Positions 51,713 to 63,626 of a DNA stretch of 64,000 nt are shown here, in pieces. The notes beneath the pieces were generated by a model. The model ran no database searches. It saw only the letters and a program-made list of their open reading frames with translations, and was not told the origin of the DNA. The stretch is taken from NCBI GenBank assembly GCA_000708835.1, contig DF237032.1:160792-224791 (forward strand). Reading direction: 5' to 3'. Position 1 is the stretch's first letter, and every line of letters starts with the position of its first letter. The DNA comes from Klebsormidium nitens (taxonomy: Eukaryota; Plantae; Klebsormidiophyceae). Made by a program: the position numbers and the translations under genes.

Positions 51713-54700
51713 TCACACGCTGAGCTTGGGCCGCAAGTCCGCTGGCGCAAACGGCGCCGTGAATTCATCGACGCACGCCATACGAATCCTCTCGGGCGTC
51801 GCGGGCGAGTCCAATACAAAGTGCTCGTCGTGCCCCGCGTCGTGGCGCGCGCTCGTGATCGCGTCCTTGATCGCGAAAAAGGCGGATGCCGCCAAAAACA
51901 GCGGGGGCTCGCCCACCGCCTTGGACGAGTGGATCGCGCGCGGGTTCGTTGCGCCCTGCGCGAGTAGCAGGAATGTGTACTCGTAAGCTTTGAGGAGTTT
52001 TTCGCTATAGTCGTTCTTTTTCACTGTGTTCGATCCGGAACGCCCCCTTGACGTCTTTCACAACAAGGGGCGCGCTCGCAACCAATTTCAGGAACACGTT
52101 TCTTGCAATTCACTCTTTGTATCAGGATCGCGGATCTGGCGCAATGACACTTGATCAAAATCGATTGACAAGCGCCGCCCACGACGTCTCCGCTTTTTCC
52201 GTCAACCACGGTGGCAACTTCAACCGTTCGAAACATTCATCCCTTTCGCTAACCGTCACGCCCTTAAGCAAAACCATCACTCCTTTTCCAAGCATCTTTC
52301 TACTAACCCAAGGGATATCTTGATCCAACATACTGCGCGCCCCCTCACCTTGAGCAGCGCGACCTGGAAGTCGATCGGGATGTCATTCACAGTGGGCAGC
52401 TTGTAAGTGCCGGGGCCCTGTGTGAATAGGTGCCCCGGACGCACCCAGGGGTGCGCGGCGTCGCCCCACTTCAGCTCCTCGATGACGCACCACCCCAGCC
52501 CCTGGACGTACGCGCCCTCGATCTGGGGGGAAGAATAAGAAGTGACGTCAGCATGGAGCCAGAGGTGACGTCTGCAATAACCCATCTGTCAAAGCGGGGC
52601 CCCGTAGAGTGTGCAGGCGGTTGCGCTTTCATATTTCGTAGAAAATGCAAGCAGGACACGTTGAATCCGACAAGCCACTGGATTAGTAACACCGAGACGA
52701 CCCCAATTGTCCGAAAAGAGGCTCTCAAATCCGACGCCCAGTTCGCTCCAAATGAAGCAGACCGATTTCAAGGGCAGAAACGGGCACAATCAGTAACTCC
52801 GACCCTTAACATCCCAGAACGGGACGCCCAGATTCGCTGTATCCGATCCTCCAAACTCGTCGAGCCACAACCAACTCCTTACCTGTCCCGTCCAACATCG
52901 ATGGCCGGTTTGAGCGCCCTGCCCAGATCCATGACAGAATTTCCTCGGGTAAATAACCCGCATACAACTTAACCGCGACTCTTGTAAAGCCCAAACCGGA
53001 CGCCCAGATCCGCATACCGAATCCCAAACCCCAATTCTTCGAGCTCAATCCAACCCCTTACCTGCCCAATATCGATGGCCGGGTTGAGCGACCTGCCGAG
53101 GTCCATGACGATATCCGTCTTGCGCACGGTCATGTCTCCGGTCAGCGTGTCGATCTCGACTTCAGATGCAGCGGCGCCGTACGTGAAGTAGTTGAACGGA
53201 CGGCCCTTTCCGGTGGCGAAGTCGAAGTGCAGATCGGGCGTGCGGTAGAAACCGTGCGCCGAGAGGTCGATGCGCTCGAAGTAGCACGCGGCCGCCAGCT
53301 GCAAGGTTTGGGGATGTATAAAGTTTTGAGTATGAGTTTCTCCGCTCGGACTCTTTAGCTTGCGCAACAGAAGCTGTGCCACATTCACCAACGTAAGGGG
53401 CTTTTCACACGCCTAGCCCGACGCCTTCTCTCTTTCCGCAATATCTCGAACCCAAAGTTAATCAAGAAACAGAAAAGGTTCATGGCGTGAGTACCTTGGC
53501 GAACGACGTCTCGGGCGGCAGCTTTTCCTTCATGGGCGCCATGCGTGCCAAGATCTGCTCACACGCGTTGTGTACTGCACCGCCGTACAGGTCGGAAGAA
53601 GCGGAGGCGGCGGTGGGGGAGGTGTTGGGGACCTGGACGCAAAAGGCAAGGGTCGTTGAAACACTTCTCTCAGGGAACTTGCTCAATTCTTGAGTGTGTT
53701 TCCAGGTATTTTGGTTAGCTTTCGACGGGGAAAGCAGTGGCACCGAACGCTATTGGCGAAACCGGCTTCGCAAGATTCACATAGCCGCGGTTCGATTCAT
53801 GGTCGGCCGGAAAGGGGAGAATGGAATAGAGGAAGCTGAACGCACGGCGGCAGGTTGTATGCCTGCACAGACACTGCTCCGCAAAGGCCGGCATTAAAAT
53901 AGAGACTTAAGCGCTAGCAAAATGTTTTCACAAACAAACAACCCTAGCAGGAGGATCAACATAACAGAATATGGACGCCGGTTAGCCCCACTTGGACTCA
54001 GGTCAGCCTAAGCGGGCGGGTTAACCCACCTTGTCGGTGCTGGTCTCCTGGATGAAGACGCTGCTAACCGGGATGCCAAACGCGGTGGCGGCCACTTGGG
54101 CCATCTTGGTGTGCAGGCCCTGCCCCATCTCGATTCCGCCGTGCGTCACCAGAACCGTTCCGTCCGTGTACACGTGGACGAGCGCACCCGCCTGCGGAAT
54201 AGAGGATTCGGTCACAGAAGCATCGGCTACAAAAGCATCGGTTACAAGAGTATCCGTTCCGCCAAACTCAAACAGTGCCACAGGCCTACAAATCATATAG
54301 CATGGCGCCAAGTACCACAAGGTCATGACCTGAGAACGGGTTTGGGTTAGAGAGGGATAAAAGTAGCAGAGATTGCGGAGCTCGAAAATCAATCTAGGTT
54401 CTTGGTCCTACCCCCCAGCTAGGCCGCCTCCCCGTCTACGCAACGAACTAGCACGCACTGGCGAACCCACCTCCTCTCGTCTCTGCAAGACTCCTATCAT
54501 GAAAGCACAGCACTGCACCGCCGACTTCTTTGATCTAACTAAGAAGATACTTTTCAAAAACCTCCCACTTCAACGCAAAAAATTAAGTTGAACACACTAG
54601 ATGATCTGCAGCCAGTCGTACCTGGTTCATGAACTTGGCGGTAAAGCTGATCCCAAACCGTGTCGGCACGATTGCGAGCCCCCGCTTGCGGTACCGGTTC

Positions 54701-57700
54701 GCGGCGTTGAACGCGTCGACGGCCGCGCGGGTCTCGTCATGCTTGGAGGACGCTTTGAGCTCCGCCCAGATGCGCCGCATCGTCGAGTTCTCGAGCGTCT
54801 GCCCGAAGTAGGTGACGTCACCTTCTTTCTCCATGTTCAGCTCCTGCAGTAAAGGGAAGAGAATAGATATCACTGAAATAGATAGTGACGTTACCTGAAC
54901 GGAGGCAAGAGGAATATTTCTTGGAACGAAGATTCATGTCGAGTTCTCGAGCGTCTGCCCAATGTAGGTGACGTCACCCTCCTTCTCCATGTTCAATTCC
55001 TACATTGAGGGGAACGGGAAAATCATGTCTTTGTGAAGGGGAACGGCAAAAAGAAGTAGACGCGAATCTCGTGCATCTGTAACTTCTTAAACGTCTGCAT
55101 CTGGAAGCCTGAACTCCTAGACCCGTTTCTCTCACCTGCACTTCTGTGGTGCTCTTTCCAACCTCCCGCGCCACGTGCTCGATCCAACTCTCGACGACGA
55201 GCATCCCCTGCGGCCCGCCGAACCCGCGGAAAGCGGTGTTGGTCGGCTTGTTGCTGAAGCATACCCAGCCGTGAATGCGCATGTTCGGGATCTGGTACGC
55301 GTTCTCGGAATGGTAGATCGCGCGCTCGAGAACAGGGAGCGACAGGTCGAGCGAGTTGCCGCCGTTGTTGTAGAGGTCGACGTCGAGGGCCAGAATCTTG
55401 CCTTCCTTGGTGAAGCCGACCTTGTACCTGGAGACGAGACTTCATCATAATTAAAATTGCCCAGGACGGGGAGTTCAAGCTTCCTCCAGGAGTTTGGGCG
55501 GCTGGGTGTAGAAATCGTAAGGGGACGGGAAACCAAAAAGTCGGGCGAGGACCCACCGTCGTTGGAGGACTCGACGTCAAGTAGTCAGTTTGCCGTCCTT
55601 AGCGAAGCCGACCTTGTACTAGGCAGTGTTACGAAACAACGACATGCGATACCAAACAAGGTTAGAGCCGTTACTTTCAGGCATTGCGGCGCCGTCCACT
55701 GAAAGGTCCACTGAAAGGTCCACTTCTGAGCCCGCCATCTTTGCCTGGGGAACCGGTTTCTGAGGGTGAAAGTTGAAGGCCTGTTCCATCGCAGGGTCCT
55801 GGCCAAGACAATACTAAAGCGATGCATCAGAGCGGGGACCGCCTCACTGTTTGCTCTATGATGCATCTGGAGCTTCACTCGACTACACTTCAGAAACTCC
55901 AGGGGGCCGTCCTCCCAGCCTCGCCTGAACTCGGTCTGCCAAGCGAGGCCAACGCAAGGAAGCTCGACAGAAGCCATGATTGTGGGTCTGACGAAGAGCG
56001 GCACTCACTTGCCGACGAAGGCGTGACGTTGCCCAGTGATCGCCATGTCCTGGTCGCGGTCTAGCGTCACTCTGACGGCCCGCTTCAACCAATATGCAGC
56101 GATCGCGGCGGCGCACGAAATGAAAGCCGTGCGGGTCTCTTTACCGCCGAAGCCGCCGCCGATACGACGGGCCTTGCTGATAACCTGCGACACGACGTGA
56201 AGCTGACGTCAGTGGTCACGAAACAAATTTAACCCGCTTTCGATCGGGCCGTCGCACAAATTGAAGGGCCGTGCGGGTCTCCTTCCCGTCGAAGGCGCCT
56301 ACGATGCGCCGGGCCATGCTGATGACCTGAGAGACCACGTAAAGCTGACGTCAGTGCTGACGAAATTACTCATAAGGACTTTCAATCGCGGCGGCACACG
56401 AAATGAAAGCGGTATATATCCGCTGCCGTCGAGCCCGACGCCGATGGGCGGCGTCTTGCTGATGACCAGAGAGACCACGTGTGTGAGGCTGACGTCATTG
56501 GTGACGAACGAATCTGAATCTGCTTCGGTGCAATAAGCGAACAGGATTGATGCGGCCGTGGCAAACTTGCCCCTGTCGACTCGTGTTAGCAAAAACATAC
56601 CCTCTCTTTTAACGAATCATGGCCGGAGCTCGTGATTCGTCGAGCAAACAAAAGAGCCGTTCATTTCTGATTGTGAGCATACGTGAGTCTTTGGCCGCTT
56701 CAAAGGTTGGAAAGGCAGCAGAGATATCTTTGAAACATGGTCAAATCACCCCTTTTCAATTCCGCCCATCACGATCTCAAGTCTCATAAACCCACCTTGC
56801 GCTGCGCAACGGTGAGCGCCTTTACAACAGCTTACCGCGTGAGCTTCGCTGCTTGCTAACCAGGAGGAGCAGTTTAGGCAAAACCCTCAAACCCTTTCAC
56901 ACTTCCATTGAAAACCCGACTCCCGAACCATTCCGAACCCCACCTTGTGTTGCGCAATCCCGAGCGCCTTTGCGACGTCCTGCTGCGTGTGCGTTGCGCT
57001 TGCGTCGAGGAAATAAGCAACCCCTACCAGAAAAAACCTGCTTAACGATCATTCCCTCCTCAGCTTGTAGATTAACAGATTTAGTATCGGAAACCCACCT
57101 TGTGCTGCGCAATGCCGAGCGCCTTCGCGACGTCCTGCTGCGTGTGCGTTGGTGCTTGCGTCGACGATATAACGGTCATCTCCTCGGCGGCCTCCCCCGG
57201 GAGACACAGGCACGAGTTGGGCTCCAGGTAAAAGTGTTCCTGGCCGCCCATGCGCACTTCCCCTTCGCAAACTTTGTAGCATTCGCCGCTGGCGAAACAC
57301 GCATCGACGTCTCCTTGCTGCAGAGAGGGGGGGAGAGGAGGCGTAAAGTTAGATGAAAATCAAGAAAGAGAATAGTAAGCCGGAATAAAAGTATGGTCAC
57401 CGCACTGGGACGGGTAGGTTTAGCTTGGCGGTTAGGGTGGGTACAGGTGCGGAGCAGGTATCTTTTTGGGTTAGGATTTTTAGTGTTAGTCGAGGCTTAA
57501 TATCATCTTGGCTTAGTATTATCTCTCTTGAGATTTATTGAAATTAGTACTCCGAGCAGAAGCAACGATTCCTAGACTTAAGTGAACGAGGGGATTCACA
57601 ATGCTTTTGACCACCCGGGGGCACCTCGCCTTCGGAACCTTGTGACAATCGCCGCTGGCAAAACAGGCGTCCAATTTACCTTGCTGCGGCAGGGAAAACG

Positions 57701-60700
57701 GGGAACGGTCGATTTCAGAAAGGGTGTGCCTCTAACTTTTGAGGAGGTGGTGAAGTCACAAAGGGAGGTGCTGCTTACTAATCTTGAAGTAAGCAGGATA
57801 ATCATGCACCTTGCCAGCCCACAGCAGTAGTCAGGGGACACTACTTCCTAGCCTGCTTGCCAAAAGCCGCAATCCTGAAAAGCATACCCCTCAGAATATC
57901 CACAGACAAAAGGGAAACGCTCCCACCTTGAGCGTCCGCTCGGTCCCCTTGATGAAGCTCTTGACCTCGATCGCCTGGTGCAGGTCGATGATCGCAGGAA
58001 GCTCCTCGTACTCGACCTTGACTTTGAACGCCGCCAGCTTAGCGTGCATCTCGGTGTCCGCAACCACGATTCCAATCACCTGCGATTATGAGAACTCGAA
58101 CTCAGTGCCGCCAAACTTTGGAAAAATTTCCAAAACCTAGCATGGCACACTTCTTCGTTTTATTCTCATACTTTGCACGCCGCCAGCCTGAGTCACATCC
58201 AATTTGTGTCATCATGCTACCAATTATTTGCGGTTGGTGGATACAAGAGTTTCACGGTCTGTTTAATAGGCCACAAGAGTTTTACGGTCTGCTGAGGAAC
58301 GACGTGTCAGAAACCGTTGTTCTTCAGCGCCAGTCAGCGTGTCGCAAAGTGAAAGAAGCGGTGCCTTTGAAAGAGCATCTGCCGCAATCGGATGCATGCC
58401 TGACGCGATCGCTGTGAAGTGCCTGTCAGACAGATGTCGACTGCTCGAAACACTTCGGGTGATAAAGGGGGGAACACATGCCCCAGTACAAGATATACGC
58501 AGCCGCCAAGAATGGCCCAATACTTCGCAGCTGATTGAAGAATCCATGGCTCAAAGATGTCCAAGTCTGCTCTTTCCCCATACACTCTCGGTCCGACGTT
58601 CAAGAAGCTACAAGATTCCCAACCAATGGTCGATCAGAGAACGCGTCGTTCAGAAACCCCACCTGCCCAACACACGTGACCTTCTCCGTTGCAAACACCT
58701 CCTCATCGTGCGCCGCCGCCCCGATCGCGTTTCCCCCAGGGACATCTTTCGCAGAGAAGAACCCGACAACTCCAGGCATCTGGAGCGCCTCCGAGGCGTC
58801 GACACGTGTCAGCTTGGCGTGCGGTTTGGTGCTCAGGACGAGGCCCCCGTGGAGGCCGTTGGCCGGGAGCGGGATGTCGTCAGCATACTGCGCCTCGCCG
58901 GTCACCTGCCGCAAAAACACAGGCGGTGTTTATCCTCGCCGTCTTGCGTCGTCACATACGTTTCGTCCGTGTTGAAACCCTGATTCTTCTCTCCTCTTTC
59001 CTTTGTGTTTCGCCGCTTCTCCCTTTCGGTGAGTGTCCTTTCGTTCGTAAAATCATAAAAACGGGTCTCAGCCATCCGCTCCGCAAGAGCCGCAACCCCG
59101 CGAGACGGGTTTCGAGCTGCCAAGACTTCCTGCTTTGAACCTCAATACGACCTTCGTATATATTCTTTCGTTGAGGTGCGGATGGCCGCTTACGAATCGA
59201 CCACGAATCAAAACCCCCGGAACATAGAAAGCGATCCAGAAAAGAAGGCCTGACCTGCAGCTCGCTGCCGCGTGCACCAGCAACTGCCTGGGGGCCACAT
59301 CAAGGAAACACTAAGAACGCCCAAACGAGGAATTGGCAGAAGAATCCATGAATGCACTTACGATCCCAACGAGTCGTCTGAAACCGACCTGCGTTTCCAA
59401 ACGAGAAAAGTGGGCGTAAGGCTTCGTGATTACGACCTCCCAACAAGCTGTACGAGAACCGACCTGCGTTTCCGCGGAGGCATGCACCAACGGCTGCCCC
59501 ACCGCCTCGCCCTCCGCCCCCACGTCAAAGTACTGCGCGCCGCGCGACGCTGGGCGCTCGTACGGCCGTGCCGCGCTTCGGACGCTGTCCGGGAGCTCAT
59601 TCTTAAACCCGTCCGCCTCTAGTTCTAGCTTCTCGCTCAGCAGAACGTAGAGCTTGAAGAAGAAGGACGTGGTCAAAGAGCGGCGGAATTCCGGCATTCC
59701 GCCGGGAGCGGAATCGGAAATGACGATGTCTTGGGGGATGGTTTTGAGGGCGAGTTGGAGCGTCGCGGCGGTCCAGGGCTGGCCAATGAGCGCGGCTTCG
59801 GTCTTGGGCGCGGCGAGGGTGACTGCCGCGACGCCGCCGTAGGCAAGAGAGGCCTCCATGACCACCTGGACACAGGGTTTTGGGTTAAACTTAGGGTCGG
59901 AGGATACGTAAGGATAACTGAATGGAACACCAGAGGCGAGGGCGACCAGACAGGTTTTGATACTCAAGTAGACAGAACAGGAATGCGGCGTTTGGGATGG
60001 GAGCCAGGCTTGAGGGAGTGTGAAGCTGTCTGATTGGTGAAAAAGGGGGACTCTTGCAGCATTCCAAGCCCGAGACCTAAGATATCACCCGTCTTCCAAT
60101 TGATACTTGTCCTGGAAAACATGCAACCTCACAAGCCCCAGAAACACAGATTACATTGAATACCACCTCTAACAGCAGACGCCGGACAATCCTCTGGGTC
60201 TATTTCCCTGTTGATCGAGTATGATAGTCAGTTGGCCCTAATACAAGCAGCTTGCGGCAAGATACAACAGTCTCAAATGCCTCATAAGCAGCTAGTCTCG
60301 GATTCAGAAAGTCCTCCCAACCCCCATCCAAAAGGGGAACAAAGCAAGCAAAACCAACCCCTTTTGAAGAGCTTTATGTCCTCACCCACTGGTCGTCCTT
60401 GCGCTCAAACGCCACACGCATCCCCGCGTTCACGAGCGCAATGTCGTCGTCCCGCCGGTGCGCCTGCTTGAACTCCTTGACGTACTCGTGTTTGCGCGAC
60501 CACGGCAGGAACACGGACGCCAAAAGCTCGTCGGCAGCCAGATCCACCTTACGGTAACCCAGGAAGAATTTCCGGGCCGGCACCTGAAAGAAGCACGAGT
60601 TTGCATCAGTATTCCCACTTCTGCAGTGCGCGCTCTGGGCAGCCAGACAGACTCTGGTAACTCTAGTTTGCCCTAACCGCAGTGTTACTTAAGATAGGTG

Positions 60701-63626
60701 CCCGGTGGTTAGGGTGGGTTGGGGTGCGAAGCGCCTAAGCTTTGAGGATAGGGCTTTTGGTTTGGTTGCTCGGGGTCTACTAATCTTAGGGCATACAGCT
60801 GTTAGGGCACACAAGGATTAAAAGTATGCCATACTGGTGAGTTTTGGGCTCAGTCCGTTTGAGGCAGAAGAGCATCAACGCTTGACTTATCCTTGATATG
60901 AGGGGAGCTGGACAAAGACATTTGAAAACAAGGGTCGACAGCCAGATGAAAAAATCTCCATTGGCGCCCCTCGAAATCATTCTTTAACGTCCTGAAATTT
61001 CTGTATGAATGATTTGTTGGCTTGGGCAGAAATGTGAAAATCGAACAGTACAGCAAGAGTCAAAAAGTGTCACCAGCCAATGGTGAGAGGCCTTTAAACC
61101 CACCTCTCGGGGCTTCCCCTCCAGCGACGCTGTCTTGAACACCGCCCCGGTTGCCATCCAAAGCGGGTTAAGGTCCGAGATCGGGCTGCCCGTAACCACA
61201 TTCCCACCAATCGACGATACGTTTCGAATCTGGTTACCCGCAAACCACCTCAACTGCTCCGCAATCGCCGCACATCCGGAGGTCTCATAACCAGGCCGCT
61301 CTTGAACCATCTTCTTGCAGGTCTCCATCAGGCGGGTTAGCGTAACCGACGCCCCAAACTCGATCCCGGCGCCGGTCACGGTGACTGCATTCATCTCAGC
61401 CACGTGGGTGGTGCCAATTAACACCGGGTAAGCCAGCTTCTTGAACCGCATCTCGATGCCGACTTCGGTGTTTCCGACGACGAGCTTCGCCGCGGGGAAC
61501 CGCTGCTTAAGCGCCAGAAGCTCCTTGATCGACGCCGGACGGTGCCACACCGAACCCCTCGACCCGCCAAACGCCAGCGCGGGCGCCTTGCGCGTTTTCA
61601 GTTCGGGGGGGAAGATCGGCTCCCCCTGCGTCAGCAACTTCTCCCCCCCATTCTTGGCACACCCCCCGTTCGCACACCCCCCCTCCGCGCACGCACCGTT
61701 TCCACAACCCCCCACTTTGACACCATTTTCGCTTCCAGCCTTTGCTCCACACCCGCACGGCTGCCCGGTGGAAGGACAAATCATCCCCCCCTCGGCGGTT
61801 CCATTTGCAGGGGGGTGCGCACCGTTGGCTGCCAGGCTGTCATGCGTATGCGCCTGCGCCTCTTTCTTTGCGAAGGCGCGGAAGGCGTCGACGATCGGGC
61901 GATACCCCGTGCAGCGGCACAGGTTTCCGGCCAGGTTCTCCTCGATTTCTTCTTGTGTGGGGGGGTCGGTGGACGAGCGCAGGAGTGTGTACATGGACAT
62001 GACGAAACCGGGGGTGCAGAAACCACACTGAGAGCCGTGGGCGTGCGCCAGACGCTCCTGCAATGCAAATGGGGGGGGTGAGATAGTTCTTTTGCTGGGG
62101 GGGGGGTGAGAAAGTATCTTGCTGACAGCGCGAATTGGATACAAGTAGCAGTTTCGCCCTTGAGAATCTGCAAGAAACCCCTTGGGCCTTGGGGGAAAGG
62201 CCTTGTTAAGGGACAAAACTCATGCCCCCACAGAAGACTTAAGCCCCCATGAAAGACCCTTGACTGGACCCTTTCTGACAAAGATCTGATTGGCAAACAG
62301 AGCCAGGTTGGTCCACACTGGCAAGATGGTAATGCTGGACAGAGCAACTTCTCCAAACAGTGCCTGGACAGGCTCCTTTCAATTGTGCCGCCAAGCAACC
62401 AGAGGGGAAGTAAAGGCTTGATGTGGGGTCGGAGCCGTAGCTTCCAGGTTGCCTGCCTAAAGTCGTTAACACCTGATTGGATCAACTACTTGAAAATCTC
62501 CCCACCTATTTACACCGGGCTGACGGGTCAAAAAGGGGGTTTAGTAGACCTTACCTGCACAGGGTGAAGCCCGTCGCGTCGGTTCCCAATCCCCTCCACG
62601 GTAACCACATGCATGCCTTCCACGGAGTAGAGCGGGGCGAGGCACGCGTTCACGGACCGGTGCACGATCTTCTTTTCCAGGGGGTCAAAGTGCGACACCA
62701 TGACAGTGCAGGCCCCGCACCCCCCCTCGCCGCACCCAAGCTTGGTGCCCACGAGGCCGATCTCTGCAAAAGACAGGGGGGGGAGAAAGATAAAATTCTC
62801 TGCGAGACTTAGAAACTGTGAGGCTCGAATCAATATTCCCCCACCTTCTGCTCAACAAAATTATGAATCGCAGATTAGTCCACGACACAAATTAAAAGGG
62901 AGCTGAGGTTGCATCAAGGGCACAGGCATATTGGGGAGCTGGGAAGGTTTTGGCGTGGGCCAAACACAGTTTCATACACAACAGTGGTGCATGAGAACAA
63001 CTCCAGGCAAAGAGTCAGCCTTTATCATGCTTCTAAACCTCAAAGAATGACTGGGCAAAGCCAGCAGAATAGCAATTGGGTCAAAAGATGAGATTCACAG
63101 CATTCTAAATATATTTGGCCGACATTAGTAGGTCTTTGTTTTACAAGGCTTGGTGAGAAAAACTTCGCAGAAGTCCACGGAAAGCTGAAATTTGCAGCAA
63201 AACACCACAATCTTTCTTAAAGGATATTGGAAACTATGAAAATAGTTTCTCCAAGTTAAAGCTGTTCAGGTTCTTTGTCCAGTGGGGACCATGGCCAAAA
63301 GATAGAGAAACCTTGGGAGTTGGAATTTAGGATTATCAGAAGAACGGGGCCCAGTTCAGATGCAACAGGCCCTGTTCCGCCCCCCCTTTTTATTAGTTTC
63401 CACTACAAAACATTGTGAACACTTGAGCCAAAAACAAGGGACACAGAATACCGCCCGCCTTTCCAGCTGTCACCTCACCTCGCAGATACTCCAGCAAAGT
63501 GGTTTCTGCATAGCCATCGGGCAAGACCCTTCGCTTCCCGTTCACATATACAATTGGTTCCACGATCTGGGGGGGCGGGGCTGCCCCGTTGGGCACCCCC
63601 ACAGCGGGCTCAAACGCCGGCGGCAT
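51713..63626 (-). CDS. XDH: Xanthine dehydrogenase (16 exons, ~1389 aa)
   Basis: Exons 63626-63479, 62763-62555, 62057-61104, 60583-60386, 59865-59464, 58905-58663, 58079-57927, 57317-57099, 56184-56009, 55427-55136, 54843-54622, 54191-54030, 53632-53495, 53298-53062, 52522-52349, 51955-51713. Fe-S motifs [24 protein letters not shown] and GNLCRCTGY; FAD domain; Moco motifs [21 protein letters not shown] and SSKAVGEPP. The Glu and Arg residues diagnostic of XDH rather than aldehyde oxidase are present. Confidence 0.97.
52805..52940 (-). repeat. Intronic tandem copy of the XDH exon-14 3' end, donor and intron start
   Basis: gtcatggatctgggcagggcgctcaaaccggccatcgatgttgga..cag|gtaagg lies 179 nt downstream of the true donor gtcatggacctcggcaggtcgctcaacccggccatcgatattgggcag|gtaagg. 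Confidence 0.9.
54934..55010 (-). repeat. Intronic tandem copy of the XDH exon-11 acceptor and first 21 codons, followed by TGA
   Basis: tag|gaattgaacatggagaaggagggtgacgtcacctacattgggcagacgctcgagaactcgaca-tga lies 156 nt upstream of the true acceptor. Confidence 0.92.
55545..55625 (-). repeat. Older, degraded intronic copy of the XDH exon-10 start
   Basis: tacaaggtcggcttcgctaaggacggcaaa..ttgacgtcgagtcctccaacgacggtggg versus true tacaaggtcggcttcaccaaggaaggcaag..ctcgacgtcgacctctacaacaacggcggc. Confidence 0.8.
55694..55723. repeat. 12-bp perfect tandem repeat (gtccactgaaag x2.5) in XDH intron 9
   Basis: Directly visible in the sequence. Confidence 0.9.
56185..56520 (-). repeat. Two extra tandem copies (~140-nt period) of the XDH exon-9 branch point, acceptor and exon start
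   Basis: Copies start at 56326 (AG retained) and 56466 (AG lost); the true exon starts at 56184. All three are preceded by tgacgtcagc..cacgt.gt.tc.c.g. Confidence 0.92.
56790..57014 (-). repeat. Two extra tandem copies of the XDH exon-8 3' end and donor
   Basis: Donor copies caag|gtggg at 56944 and 56796; the true donor is at 57099. Confidence 0.9.
57361..57530 (+). mobile_element. Fold-back element, copy 3 (in XDH intron 7)
   Basis: Core GGTTAGGGTGGGTACAGGTGCGGAGC..TTTGGGTTAGGATTTT. Flanked by a 21-bp inverted repeat with 18/21 ungapped matches (57361-57381 / 57510-57530). Confidence 0.6.
60655..60831 (+). mobile_element. Fold-back element, copy 4 (in XDH intron 3)
   Basis: Core GGTTAGGGTGGGTTGGGGTGCGAAGCG..GGATAGGGCTTTTGG. 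A 34-bp inverted repeat has 25/34 ungapped matches (60666-60699 / 60779-60812). The left end TGGTAACTC resembles the copy-1 terminus TGGCAACTC. Confidence 0.65.

Noticed and set aside
63219-63227. ATATCCTTT (U12 AT-AC 5' splice consensus) on the minus strand in XDH intron 1
   Set aside because: A 9-mer is expected about once by chance in a window this size on both strands; the intron has normal GT-AG ends and no U12 branch point.
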